Below, piece by piece: positions 51,023 to 63,875 of a DNA stretch of 64,000 bases. The notes under the pieces were generated by a model. It had not been told where the DNA came from, did no database searches, and worked only from the letters and a program-made list of their open reading frames with translations. The DNA is taken from sequence record ON528734. One strand, 5' to 3'. Made by a program: the position numbers and the translations under genes. This DNA comes from Shigella phage ESh24. The first letter of the stretch is position 1. Each line of letters starts with the position of its first letter.

Positions 51023-52038
51023 TAATTGAGGCCTGAGTATAAGGTGACTTATACTTGTAATCTATCTAAACGGGGAACCTCTCTAGTAGACAATCCCGTG
51101 CTAAATTGTAGGACTGCCCTTTAATAAATACTTCTATATTTAAAGAGGTATTTATGAAAAGCGGAATTTATCAGATTAAAAATACTTTAAACAATAAAGT
51201 ATATGTAGGAAGTGCTAAAGATTTTAAAAAGAGATGGAAGAGGCATTTTAAAGATTTAGAAAAAGGATGCCATTCTTCTATAAAACTTCAGAGGTCTTTT
51301 AACAAACACGGTAATGTGTTTGAATGTTCTATTTTGGAAGAAATTCCATATGAGAAAGATTTGATTATTGAACGAGAAAATTTTTGGATTAAAGAGCTTA
51401 ATTCTAAAATTAATGGATACAATATTGCTGATGCAACGTTTGGTGATACATGTTCTACACATCCATTAAAAGAAGAAATTATTAAGAAACGTTCTGAAAC
51501 TGTTAAAGCTAAGATGCTTAAACTTGGACCTGATGGTCGGAAAGCTCTTTACAGTAAACCCGGAAGTAAAAACGGGCGTTGGAATCCAGAAACCCATAAG
51601 TTTTGTAAGTGCGGTGTTCGCATACAAACTTCTGCTTATACTTGTAGTAAATGCAGAAATCGTTCAGGTGAAAATAATTCATTCTTTAATCATAAGCATT
51701 CAGACATAACTAAATCTAAAATATCAGAAAAGATGAAAGGTAAAAAGCCTAGTAATATTAAAAAGATTTCATGTGATGGGGTTATTTTTGATTGTGCAGC
51801 AGATGCAGCTAGACATTTTAAAATTTCGTCTGGATTAGTTACTTATCGTGTAAAATCTGATAAATGGAATTGGTTCTACATAAATGCCTAACGACTATCC
51901 CTTTGGGGAGTAGGGTCAAGTGACTCGAAACGATAGACAACTTGCTTTAACAAGTTGGAGATATAGTCTGATCTGCATGGTGACATGTAGCTGGATATAA
52001 TTCCGGGGTAAGATTAACGACCTTATCTGAACATAATG
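51023..52038 (+). mobile_element. td group I intron (1016 nt) carrying the I-TevI gene
   Basis: 5' end TAATTGAGGCCTGAGTATAAGGTGAC... and 3' end ...CTGAACATAATG match the recalled T4 td intron; exon frames join across it. Confidence 0.85.
51154..51891 (+). CDS. I-TevI: Homing endonuclease I-TevI (GIY-YIG)
   Basis: 245 aa; GIYQIKNTLNNKVYVGSAKDFKKRWKRH GIY-YIG motif. Confidence 0.9.
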   Translation: MKSGIYQIKNTLNNKVYVGSAKDFKKRWKRHFKDLEKGCHSSIKLQRSFNKHGNVFECSILEEIPYEKDLIIERENFWIKELNSKINGYNIADATFGDTCSTHPLKEEIIKKRSETVKAKMLKLGPDGRKALYSKPGSKNGRWNPETHKFCKCGVRIQTSAYTCSKCRNRSGENNSFFNHKHSDITKSKISEKMKGKKPSNIKKISCDGVIFDCAADAARHFKISSGLVTYRVKSDKWNWFYINA

Positions 52039-52350
52039 CTACCATTTAATATTGCATCATATGCTGCGTTAGTTCATATTGTAGCTAAGATGTGTAATCT
52101 TATTCCTGGAGATTTGATATTTTCTGGCGGTAATACTCATATCTATATGAATCATGTGGAACAATGTAAAGAAATTTTACGTCGTGAACCTATGGATTTA
52201 TGCGAATTGCAATTAAAATTTCCAGATGAATTTGATGAATGGGACACAGAATCGCAGGTATTTTGGTTGAGTCAATTCGCAAAGCCGCATAATTTTGTTC
52301 TTAACAACTATGAATCACACCCTTCTATTAAAGGAAAGATGGCGGTGTAA
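52039..52350 (+). CDS. td: Thymidylate synthase, exon 2
   Basis: Begins LPFNIASYA... in frame with exon 1; combined 286 aa. Confidence 0.88.
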   Translation, partial: LPFNIASYAALVHIVAKMCNLIPGDLIFSGGNTHIYMNHVEQCKEILRREPMDLCELQLKFPDEFDEWDTESQVFWLSQFAKPHNFVLNNYESHPSIKGKMAV

Positions 52351-52370
52351 TTTTATTATTGCGAGGATAT

Positions 52371-52634
52371 ATGATTTTACGATTTAAAGATACTTCTGGT
52401 GTCGTTCTTTTTACACTTCCTAATCCAAGCGAGTTAGAAGTTCCAGGACCAAATCAGCCTATTATCATTTATGGCAAAAAATATTATACTCATAAAATGA
52501 CTCGTGAGTATTTTGATAATAAAATTTCTACAGTTAAAACTTCTTCAGATTGTTACTATGATATTACTGTTTTAACGGAAAAACAATATGACGAATTATC
52601 ACCGCGCGGGCCGTCTATGCCAGGTAGTGAATAA
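52371..52634 (+). CDS. Hypothetical protein (87 aa; nrdA.2 position)
   Basis: GAGGAT RBS then ATG. Confidence 0.5.
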   Translation: MILRFKDTSGVVLFTLPNPSELEVPGPNQPIIIYGKKYYTHKMTREYFDNKISTVKTSSDCYYDITVLTEKQYDELSPRGPSMPGSE

Positions 52635-52914
52635 ATATAAATCCGACTTTGATGTTAATATTCACCGTGGTACATTTTGGGGAAATTACGTCGGTAAAGA
52701 TGCTGGCAGCCGGGAGGCTGCCATTGAATTATTCAAAAAAGATTTTATACGTCGAATTAAATCCGGAGAAATAACTAAAGCACATTTAGAGCCTTTACGT
52801 GGAATGAGGCTAGGATGCACATGTAAACCAAAGCCGTGTCATGGTGATATAATAGCTCATATAGTTAACCGATTGTTTAAAGACGATTTTCAAGTTGAGG
52901 ACTTATGCAATTAA
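52588..52914 (+). CDS. Hypothetical protein with CxCx4CH motif (start uncertain: ATG 52588 or GTG 52630)
   Basis: ORF overlapping neighbours; motif [13 protein letters not shown]. Confidence 0.45.
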   Translation: MTNYHRAGRLCQVVNKYKSDFDVNIHRGTFWGNYVGKDAGSREAAIELFKKDFIRRIKSGEITKAHLEPLRGMRLGCTCKPKPCHGDIIAHIVNRLFKDDFQVEDLCN

Positions 52915-55169
52915 TTAATGTTATCAAAAGTAGTGGTGTTTCTCAGAGCTTTGACCCGCAAAAAATTATTAAAGTTTTATCTTGGGCAGCTGAAGGAACA
53001 TCAGTCGATCCTTATGAATTATATGAAAATATTAAATCATATCTCCGTGATGGAATGACAACTGATGATATTCAGACTATTGTCATTAAGGCCGCTGCGA
53101 ATTCTATTTCAGTTGAAGAGCCTGATTATCAATACGTAGCCGCGCGCTGTTTAATGTTTGCTCTTCGTAAGCATGTTTATGGGCAGTATGAACCACGTTC
53201 ATTTATTGACCATATTTCTTACTGTGTAAATGAAGGTAAATATGACCCTGAATTATTGTCAAAATATTCAGCAGAAGAAATTACATTTTTAGAATCAAAA
53301 ATTAAGCACGAGCGGGATATGGAATTTACTTATTCCGGGGCGATGCAATTAAAAGAAAAATATCTCGTTAAAGATAAAACTACTGGTCAAATTTATGAAA
53401 CTCCACAGTTTGCATTTATGACTATTGGAATGGCACTGCATCAAGATGAACCTGTTGATAGATTAAAACATGTTATTCGTTTTTATGAAGCAGTATCTAC
53501 TCGACAGATTTCATTGCCAACTCCTATTATGGCTGGTTGTCGTACTCCGACTCGACAGTTTAGTTCATGCGTTGTTATTGAGGCAGGTGATTCATTGAAG
53601 TCTATCAATAAGGCTTCCGCTTCAATTGTTGAATATATCTCTAAACGCGCTGGAATTGGTATTAACGTTGGTATGATTCGTGCCGAAGGTTCTAAGATTG
53701 GCATGGGTGAAGTACGCCATACCGGTGTTATTCCTTTTTGGAAACATTTTCAGACTGCTGTTAAATCATGTTCACAGGGTGGAATTCGTGGCGGCGCTGC
53801 TACTGCTTATTATCCTATTTGGCATTTGGAAGTTGAAAATCTTCTCGTTTTGAAAAATAACAAAGGTGTAGAAGAAAACCGCATTCGTCATATGGATTAT
53901 GGTGTTCAGCTGAATGATTTGATGATGGAACGTTTTGGAAAGAACGATTACATTACTTTGTTCAGTCCGCATGAAATGGGTGGCGAGCTTTATTATTCTT
54001 ATTTTAAAGATCAAGACCGTTTCCGTGAATTATACGAAGCTGCAGAAAAAGACCCTAATATTCGTAAAAAGCGTATTAAAGCCCGTGAACTGTTTGAATT
54101 GCTTATGACTGAACGCTCAGGAACAGCAAGGATTTATGTGCAGTTCATTGATAATACGAATAACTATACTCCGTTTATTCGTGAAAAGGCACCTATTCGC
54201 CAGAGTAACTTGTGCTGTGAAATTGCTATTCCAACAAATGATGTGAATAGTCCTGATGCTGAAATTGGCTTGTGTACTCTCTCTGCATTCGTACTAGATA
54301 ATTTTGACTGGCAAGACCAAGATAAAATTAATGAATTAGCAGAAGTTCAAGTTCGTGCTCTTGATAATCTTTTGGATTACCAAGGATATCCAGTTCCTGA
54401 AGCAGAAAAAGCTAAAAAGCGTCGTAACCTCGGTGTAGGTGTTACTAACTATGCAGCTTGGCTGGCAAGTAACTTTGCTTCTTATGAAGATGCTAACGAT
54501 TTAACACATGAACTATTTGAGAGATTACAGTATGGACTCATTAAAGCATCCATTAAGCTCGCCAAAGAAAAAGGACCTTGCGAATATTATTCAGACACTC
54601 GTTGGTCTCGAGGCGAATTACCTATCGACTGGTACAATAAAAAGATTGACCAAATCGCAGCTCCAAAATACGTTTGTGACTGGTCGTCGCTGCGGGAAGA
54701 CCTTAAGCTCTTTGGCATCCGTAATAGCACATTATCAGCACTTATGCCATGTGAGTCATCTTCCCAAGTTTCTAACAGTACAAACGGTATCGAGCCTCCA
54801 CGTGGACCAGTCTCTGTTAAAGAATCAAAAGAGGGCTCCTTTAATCAAGTCGTGCCCAATATTGAACATAACATAGACCTATATGATTATACATGGAAAT
54901 TAGCTAAGAAAGGTAATAAACCTTATCTTACGCAGGTAGCTATTATGCTGAAATGGGTATGTCAATCAGCTTCGGCGAATACATATTATGACCCACAGAT
55001 TTTTCCAAAAGGAAAGGTTCCAATGTCAATAATGATTGATGACCTTTTGTATTTTTGGTATTTTGGCGGAAAAAATTTCTATTATCATAATACCCGTGAT
55101 GGTTCTGGTACTGATGATTATGAAATAGAAACTCCTAAAGCTGAAGATTGTTCATCCTGTAAATTATGA
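52905..55169 (+). CDS. nrdA: Ribonucleotide reductase large subunit NrdA
   Basis: 754 aa (T4 NrdA length); N-terminal ATP-cone. Confidence 0.95.
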   Translation: MQLINVIKSSGVSQSFDPQKIIKVLSWAAEGTSVDPYELYENIKSYLRDGMTTDDIQTIVIKAAANSISVEEPDYQYVAARCLMFALRKHVYGQYEPRSFIDHISYCVNEGKYDPELLSKYSAEEITFLESKIKHERDMEFTYSGAMQLKEKYLVKDKTTGQIYETPQFAFMTIGMALHQDEPVDRLKHVIRFYEAVSTRQISLPTPIMAGCRTPTRQFSSCVVIEAGDSLKSINKASASIVEYISKRAGIGINVGMIRAEGSKIGMGEVRHTGVIPFWKHFQTAVKSCSQGGIRGGAATAYYPIWHLEVENLLVLKNNKGVEENRIRHMDYGVQLNDLMMERFGKNDYITLFSPHEMGGELYYSYFKDQDRFRELYEAAEKDPNIRKKRIKARELFELLMTERSGTARIYVQFIDNTNNYTPFIREKAPIRQSNLCCEIAIPTNDVNSPDAEIGLCTLSAFVLDNFDWQDQDKINELAEVQVRALDNLLDYQGYPVPEAEKAKKRRNLGVGVTNYAAWLASNFASYEDANDLTHELFERLQYGLIKASIKLAKEKGPCEYYSDTRWSRGELPIDWYNKKIDQIAAPKYVCDWSSLREDLKLFGIRNSTLSALMPCESSSQVSNSTNGIEPPRGPVSVKESKEGSFNQVVPNIEHNIDLYDYTWKLAKKGNKPYLTQVAIMLKWVCQSASANTYYDPQIFPKGKVPMSIMIDDLLYFWYFGGKNFYYHNTRDGSGTDDYEIETPKAEDCSSCKL

Positions 55170-55220
55170 TATAATTTGACTCATGGACGAGTCACTATCT
55201 ATTAACTAAGTGGAAAATTT

Positions 55221-55896
55221 ATGAGCACAGTTTTTAATACAAATCCAGTTGATGTTTTAAAAGAACCTATGTTTTTTGGTTCAGGTCTTGGTATTGCGCG
55301 TTATGATATTCAGCGGCATCGAGTATTTGAAGAACTTACTGAGAAGTCTTTATCATTTTTCTGGCGTCCTGAAGAAGTAAACTTAATGATGGATGCTGCG
55401 CAATTTAATAAGCTTCCTCAGTATCAGCAAAATATTTTTACTAATAACCTGAAGTATCAATCACTTTTGGATAGCATTCAGGGTCGTGCGCCATCTGCTG
55501 TACTTATGTCATTAATTTCAGACCCGAGTCTTGATACATGGGTTGCTACATGGACTTTTAGTGAAACTATTCACAGTCGTTCATATACACATATCATGCG
55601 AAATCTTTATACTGATCCATCGAAGGTATTTGATGAGATTGTATTAGATGAAGCTATTATGAAACGCGCTGAATCCATTGGACGTTATTATGATGATGTT
55701 CTGATTAAAACCCGTGAATGGGAAAATGCTAAAGAATTTGTAGAACTAGCTAAAGAATCTCCTGATGCCGACTTTCGTTTAAACAGGGCTATTAAACAAG
55801 AAGCCGAAGCTAAACGCGCTTTAATGAAATCTCTTTACCTCTGTTTACACGTTATTAATGCCTTAGAAGCTATTCGTTTTTATGTATCTTTTGCGT
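55221..55896 (+). CDS. nrdB: Ribonucleotide reductase small subunit NrdB, exon 1
   Basis: 225 codons ending ...FYVSFA followed by the intron; boundary placed by analogy, accurate to a few nt. Confidence 0.8.
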
Positions 55897-56981
55897 AAAA
55901 TGCGCCTTTAAACGGTAACGTTTATCGAAAACTCCTTTAATTGCTGGAAAGTCCTTTATAGGAAAACTAGCAGCCAAGGTTTTGCTTGCACCTTTAATTA
56001 GTATAATATGATTATACTTTTAAGAGGATGCACAATTGAACTATAGAAAAATTTGGATAGATGCTAACGGACCTATACCTAAAGATTCTGATGGAAGAAC
56101 ATACGAAATCCATCATAAAGACGGTAACCGTGAAAATAATGATTTAGATAATTTGATGTGCCTTTCTATACAGGAACATTATGATATACATTTAGCTCAA
56201 AAAGATTACCAGGCTTGTCATGCTATAAAGCTTAGAATGAAATATTCTCCTGAAGAAATTTCTGAATTAGCTTCTAAAGCCGCAAAATCTAGAGAAATCC
56301 AGATTTTTAATATCCCTGAAGTACGAGCTAAAAATATTGCCTCTATTAAATCTAAGATAGAAAATGGTACATTTCATCTTTTAGACGGTGAAATACAGCG
56401 TAAATCTAATTTAAATAGAGTTGCATTAGGTATACATAATTTTCAACAAGCTGAGCATATTGCAAAAGTTAAAGAACGCAATATTGCAGCTATAAAAGAA
56501 GGTACTCATGTATTTTGCGGTGGTAAAATGCAGTCAGAAACTCAATCAAAACGGGTAAATGACGGTTCACATCATTTCTTGTCAGAAGACCATAAGAAAA
56601 GAACATCAGCAAAAACATTAGAAATGGTTAAGAACGGGACCCATCCTGCACAAAAAGAAATCACATGTGATTTCTGCGGTCACATTGGTAAAGGTCCTGG
56701 ATTTTATCTAAAACATAATGACAGATGTAAATTAAATCCAAATAGAATTCAATTGAATTGTCCATATTGTGATAAGAAAGATTTATCACCATCAACATAT
56801 AAACGATGGCACGGCGACAATTGCAAAGCAAGGTTCAACGACTAGTCTTCGGACGTAGGGTCAAGCGACTCGAAATGGGGAGAATCCCTCTGGGATTGTG
56901 ATATAGTCTGGTCTGCATAGTAATATGTAGCAGTTCATAAGAGAACGGGTTGAGAATTAGCGAGCTCAATCGAACATAACG
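55897..56981 (+). mobile_element. nrdB group I intron (about 1085 nt) carrying a full-length I-TevIII gene
   Basis: 3' end ...TCGAACATAACG parallels the td intron 3' end; exon 2 frame resumes immediately after. Confidence 0.75.
56036..56845 (+). CDS. I-TevIII: Homing endonuclease I-TevIII (HNH), full length
   Basis: 269 aa; HNH motif EIHHKDGNRENNDLDNL; C-terminal Cys-rich zinc finger. Confidence 0.8.
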   Translation: MNYRKIWIDANGPIPKDSDGRTYEIHHKDGNRENNDLDNLMCLSIQEHYDIHLAQKDYQACHAIKLRMKYSPEEISELASKAAKSREIQIFNIPEVRAKNIASIKSKIENGTFHLLDGEIQRKSNLNRVALGIHNFQQAEHIAKVKERNIAAIKEGTHVFCGGKMQSETQSKRVNDGSHHFLSEDHKKRTSAKTLEMVKNGTHPAQKEITCDFCGHIGKGPGFYLKHNDRCKLNPNRIQLNCPYCDKKDLSPSTYKRWHGDNCKARFND

Positions 56982-57484
56982 GTACCTTTAACTTCCATAA
57001 GAACATGGAAATCATGGAAGGTAATGCCAAGATTATGAAGTTCATTGCACGCGATGAACAGCTTCACCTTAAAGGCACCCAATATATTATTCGTCAGCTT
57101 CAATCCGGTACTGATGGTGATGAATGGGTTAAAATTGCCAAAGAGTGTGAACAAGAAGCAGTTGATATTTTCATGGAAGTTAACCGCCAAGAAAAAGATT
57201 GGGCAGTTCATTTATTTAAAGATGGCGATGTTCCTGGATTAAATACAAATAGCATGTGGAGCTTTATTGATTACTTAACTGTATCTCGTATGAAACAGTG
57301 TGGTCTTCCATGCCCGATTACCGATGCTCCGGTTAAACATCCATATCCTTGGATTCGTGAATACCTTAATTCTGATAATGTTCAATCCGCGCCGCAAGAA
57401 GTAGAACTGTCATCTTATCTTGTTGCACAGATTGATAATGATGTTGATGATAAAGTTATGATGAGTTTTAAAAAATACTTTTAA
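56982..57484 (+). CDS. nrdB: Ribonucleotide reductase small subunit NrdB, exon 2
   Basis: In-frame continuation ...NMEIMEGNAKIMKFIARDEQLHL...; C-terminus matches recalled T4 NrdB. Confidence 0.8.
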
Positions 57485-57488
57485 GGAG

Positions 57489-57508
57489 TGGGCCGCAAGG
57501 CCCATTTT
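57489..57508 (+). terminator. Rho-independent terminator after nrdB
   Basis: GGGCCGCAAGGCCC plus T-run. Confidence 0.7.
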
Positions 57509-57511
57509 ATT

Positions 57512-59099
<1,588 letters not shown>

Positions 59100-59103
59100 G
59101 TTG

Positions 59104-59158
59104 TTTACAAGTCCCTCATGCTGTGTTATAGTAGTCTTACTGACATAACATGAGGACT
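59104..59158 (+). promoter_or_regulatory. Early promoter with inverted repeat
   Basis: GTTTACA; AGTCCCTCATG ... CATGAGGACT arms; TATAGT -10. Confidence 0.5.
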
Positions 59159-59160
59159 TT

Positions 59161-59667
59161 ATGATGGATTTGCAGCTTATTACTACTGAAATGGTCGTTG
59201 AAGCATACGGTGATACTACAGATGGGATTTCTGTATTTAAAGGAAATCGTCGAGTTGGATATATCACCGATCTTAAGAAAGATTTAGCTAAGCAAGTCAA
59301 GCGGAAAACGACCATTAAAGAATATCGAAATCGTCGTCTTGAGCAAGCCCGTGATATGCTTCCTGATGCGGTTGAGGAGATGAAAGTCTTTTTAGAAAAT
59401 CAACTCGCTAAGTATGAGTGCGAAGTATTCATTAATCAGACTCAACCTAATGTTCATATCAATAGCTGCAAATGCTATATCATCGTTAATCCTTTGACGG
59501 GAAAACATCGTCTTGGAATTAGTAATCCAAATCGTAGCGCATCGGATATGGCAGAAGATGTTGAGGCATGCTTTAAAATTTCTAAATCTCCGGCTGAACA
59601 CCATATTTTAATTAACGGTCTTTCTCAAGACGATATTGTAGAGGTTATTAAAACTTTATGCAATTAA
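59161..59667 (+). CDS. alc: Alc (blocks host transcription elongation on cytosine DNA)
   Basis: 168-aa ORF at the T4 alc position between rnlA and pseT. Confidence 0.7.
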   Translation: MMDLQLITTEMVVEAYGDTTDGISVFKGNRRVGYITDLKKDLAKQVKRKTTIKEYRNRRLEQARDMLPDAVEEMKVFLENQLAKYECEVFINQTQPNVHINSCKCYIIVNPLTGKHRLGISNPNRSASDMAEDVEACFKISKSPAEHHILINGLSQDDIVEVIKTLCN

Positions 59668-60011
59668 GTAATACGACAGCAGGTTTGCTATTAATTGTAA
59701 TAGCATTGGGCGGAACATCTATTATTTTAAAAAATAAGGTAGAAAGATTAGAAACATCAGTTACTGAAATTACAAAAACAGCCAATGAAAACGCTTTAGC
59801 ATTAAATAATTTGCGAATTCAGTATAATTATATTGATGCGATGAATAATAAAAATCGTGAGGCAATTGCTGCTATTGAGCGTGAAAATGAAAAACTGCGC
59901 AAAGACGCAAAGAAGGCGGATGTGGTGGCTCATAAGCCAGGATTGGTTGAAAAACAAATCAACAATTCCTTCAACAAGTTCGCAGAAGACATCCAGGACC
60001 TTTCTAAATGA
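59658..60011 (+). CDS. Hypothetical protein (117 aa)
   Basis: N-terminal transmembrane helix; coiled-coil-like remainder. Confidence 0.55.
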   Translation: MQLSNTTAGLLLIVIALGGTSIILKNKVERLETSVTEITKTANENALALNNLRIQYNYIDAMNNKNREAIAAIERENEKLRKDAKKADVVAHKPGLVEKQINNSFNKFAEDIQDLSK

Positions 60012-60307
60012 TTAAACTATCGGCAGTAATATTATCTATTGGTCTTCTAGTTGGTTGTTCTACAAAGCCTCTAGAAGTAAAGAAAGAAACAGTTCATCCT
60101 AATTGGCCTGTACAAATAAAGTCATATGATGAAGCTAAACTATCTTGGCAAGTTAAAGTTATTGATGGTAAAGCTTGGGTCGGTATGCCATTTGAAGATT
60201 CCCAGGAATTTCGTATTTGGCTTAATGATGTAAAACGATATGTACATGACCAGAAAACTATGATATGTTATTATCGTCAAGAGCTAAAAGAGGATAAATG
60301 TAAATGA
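60008..60307 (+). CDS. Putative lipoprotein (99 aa)
   Basis: Signal peptide with lipobox LVGC. Confidence 0.55.
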   Translation: MIKLSAVILSIGLLVGCSTKPLEVKKETVHPNWPVQIKSYDEAKLSWQVKVIDGKAWVGMPFEDSQEFRIWLNDVKRYVHDQKTMICYYRQELKEDKCK

Positions 60308-60530
60308 TTTCATGGCATCAATTTGAACATCTCAAAGGATTGATTTATGAATCTGAGATGGCCGCAATGATTTATGGACGCCAGATTCAACGATTAGAAT
60401 CTTTACCTCCAACTAATGATGTTTTATTAGCTCAATCTCGGGTTAATCTTAAAAATGAATATCAAAATAAGTGGGGTAAAGCATCTAAAGACCTGCATGA
60501 TTATATTCAATCATTGGTTGAGAAAAATAA

Positions 60531-60534
<4 letters not shown>
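60304..60534 (+). CDS. Hypothetical protein (76 aa)
   Basis: ATGA overlap. Confidence 0.5.
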
Positions 60535-61755
<1,221 letters not shown>

Positions 61756-61756
<1 letters not shown>

Positions 61757-61953
61757 TGGCTTTGCACCATGAAACTTGGGCTATTGTTATTGTAAATAGC
61801 GGTTTAGTTGGTACTAGTAATGGGCAATTTTGTGTATTTACTAGTGAAAATAGAGCATGGGAGGAATGTCTTAAATTAAGAGAAAAGAATCCTGATGTTG
61901 AACTAGTAGTAAAGAAAACTAAACTGCCTTTACCATGGAAAACTTATGAATAA
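61756..61953 (+). CDS. Hypothetical protein (65 aa)
   Basis: TAATG overlap with pseT. Confidence 0.45.
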
Positions 61954-62146
61954 CCTAGAAAAGATTTATCATCTTTGTGATAAAATTGAAAAAGAAAAGA
62001 AATATCTATTTTGTTTATGGCCTATTGTTGATGGAAGAGTAGGCTTAGATGTTCTTGATTATGAAACAGAAGACAGAGTAGATGGTTCAACTTTTGATAA
62101 CGCTTTAGATGTTATTGATTGGCTTGAAGAAAATTATGTGAGGTAA
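61946..62146 (+). CDS. Hypothetical acidic protein (66 aa)
   Basis: ORF. Confidence 0.5.
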   Translation: MNNLEKIYHLCDKIEKEKKYLFCLWPIVDGRVGLDVLDYETEDRVDGSTFDNALDVIDWLEENYVR

Positions 62147-62148
62147 AT

Positions 62149-62424
62149 ATGTTTCCGACTTACTCTAAAATCGTAGAAGTAGTGTTTAGCCAAATTATCG
62201 CTAATAATATGTTTGAAAAACTTGATAATGCAGCTGAGCTTCGAATCCATGCTCAAGTGACTCATGTATTGAATACTTTGCTTCCAGACCAGGTGGATTC
62301 TGTTGCCATCACGTTGTATCCAGGTTCCGCGCATATCATTGTTGTATTCGGTCTTGATGCTGAGCTAGTCATCAAAGGCGATATTCGTTTTGAATCGCAG
62401 ACAGCAGAATTCAAAGCAATTTAA
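62149..62424 (+). CDS. Hypothetical protein (91 aa)
   Basis: ORF. Confidence 0.5.
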   Translation: MFPTYSKIVEVVFSQIIANNMFEKLDNAAELRIHAQVTHVLNTLLPDQVDSVAITLYPGSAHIIVVFGLDAELVIKGDIRFESQTAEFKAI

Positions 62425-62426
62425 TA

Positions 62427-62456
62427 GTTTACTTTACGGTAGAGTTGTGATATTAT
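62427..62456 (+). promoter_or_regulatory. Early promoter
   Basis: GTTTAC 62427-62432, TATTAT 62451-62456. Confidence 0.55.
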
Positions 62457-62485
62457 AGCTCTACCAAACAAATGAGGAAAACAAA

Positions 62486-62725
62486 ATGCTGCTAAGTGAA
62501 AAACCGATTACTGTTAAAGAATTCCAAGAAAAAGTTAAGTTATTTGCACAGGAATTGGTAAATAAGGTTTCTGAACGATTTCCTGAAACATCGGTTCGTG
62601 TTATTACCGAAACTCCTCGTTCAGTATTAGTAATTGTGAATCCAGGTGATGGCGATCAAATATCGCATCTTAAACTGGATTTTGATGGATTAGTTGAAGC
62701 ACAAAGGGTGTATGGCGTACTATGA
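62486..62725 (+). CDS. Hypothetical protein (79 aa)
   Basis: GAGGAAAA RBS. Confidence 0.55.
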   Translation: MLLSEKPITVKEFQEKVKLFAQELVNKVSERFPETSVRVITETPRSVLVIVNPGDGDQISHLKLDFDGLVEAQRVYGVL

Positions 62726-63060
62726 TGAATTTAACTGATATAATTGATAATTGTCTTGAAAATGATACTGGCGATCATAGAGCGCTTGATTCTGAAACAG
62801 CACAGTTCATTAGAATAACTTTAATGAATGATACTCTGGTGAATAGTATTCATCCTTCTGTGTATGATGCTATTATTGTGACGAAGTATCCAGTTGAGCT
62901 TCACAAAAAGATGGTTGGCGCAATTTTTATTGATAAGAAAAACCGCTTTAAAGACGGGCAGAATATAATTAGTTCTATTATTAAAAGTATAACTAAACTT
63001 CGTCACGAAATTTATCGTGTTGAAACTGCTAAATCTGCTTATCTGGTGATTATGAAATGA
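62722..63060 (+). CDS. Hypothetical protein (112 aa)
   Basis: ATGA overlap. Confidence 0.55.
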   Translation: MMNLTDIIDNCLENDTGDHRALDSETAQFIRITLMNDTLVNSIHPSVYDAIIVTKYPVELHKKMVGAIFIDKKNRFKDGQNIISSIIKSITKLRHEIYRVETAKSAYLVIMK

Positions 63061-63638
63061 AAGCGAGTACAGTACTTCAAATTGCATATTTAGTATCACA
63101 AGAATCAAAATGTTGCTCCTGGAAGGTAGGAGCAGTAATTGAAAAGAATGGACGTATTATTTCTACTGGGTATAATGGTTCGCCTGCCGGTGGTGTGAAC
63201 TGCTGTGATTATGCTGCCGAGCAAGGTTGGTTGTTGAATAAACCTAAACATACTATCATTCAAGGTCATAAGCCTGAATGCGTATCATTTGGTTCAACTG
63301 ATCGCTTTGTCTTGGCGAAAGAACACCGTAGCGCTCACTCTGAATGGTCGTCTAAAAATGAAATTCATGCTGAACTAAATGCAATTTTGTTTGCTGCACG
63401 AAATGGTTCTTCTATTGAAGGTGCTACTATGTATGTAACACTTTCTCCTTGTCCAGATTGTGCAAAAGCGATAGCTCAATCTGGTATTAAAAAGCTGGTT
63501 TATTGCGAAACATACGATAAAAATAAACCTGGCTGGGATGATATTCTGCGAAATGCAGGTATTGAAGTGTTTAATGTTCCTAAGAAAAACTTGAATAAGT
63601 TAAACTGGGAAAATATCAACGAATTCTGTGGTGAATAA
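63057..63638 (+). CDS. cd: dCMP deaminase
   Basis: 193 aa; zinc-binding motifs HAE and PCPDC. Confidence 0.95.
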   Translation: MKASTVLQIAYLVSQESKCCSWKVGAVIEKNGRIISTGYNGSPAGGVNCCDYAAEQGWLLNKPKHTIIQGHKPECVSFGSTDRFVLAKEHRSAHSEWSSKNEIHAELNAILFAARNGSSIEGATMYVTLSPCPDCAKAIAQSGIKKLVYCETYDKNKPGWDDILRNAGIEVFNVPKKNLNKLNWENINEFCGE

Positions 63639-63875
63639 TGAAATTTCGTTTGGTAAAGCTCACAGCAATTAGTTCTTATTCTAATGAGAACATCTCGTTT
63701 GCTGTAGAGTATAAGAAATATTTTTTTCTCTAAATGGAAACAGTATTATAAAACTGATTGGACTAGTATTGATAGACCATATAGTTGGAAATCTGATTTA
63801 GAAAAATGCCAAAAATTACTTTCCACTCTTAAAGAACGTGGAACAACTCATATTAAAACTGTAATAGGTAAATAA
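63638..63875 (+). pseudogene. Apparent frameshifted ORF at a T7 homopolymer run
   Basis: 31-aa frame stops just after T-run 63721-63727; the +1 frame continues to 63875 with no start codon; one fewer T would give a single ORF of about 78 aa. Confidence 0.35.
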
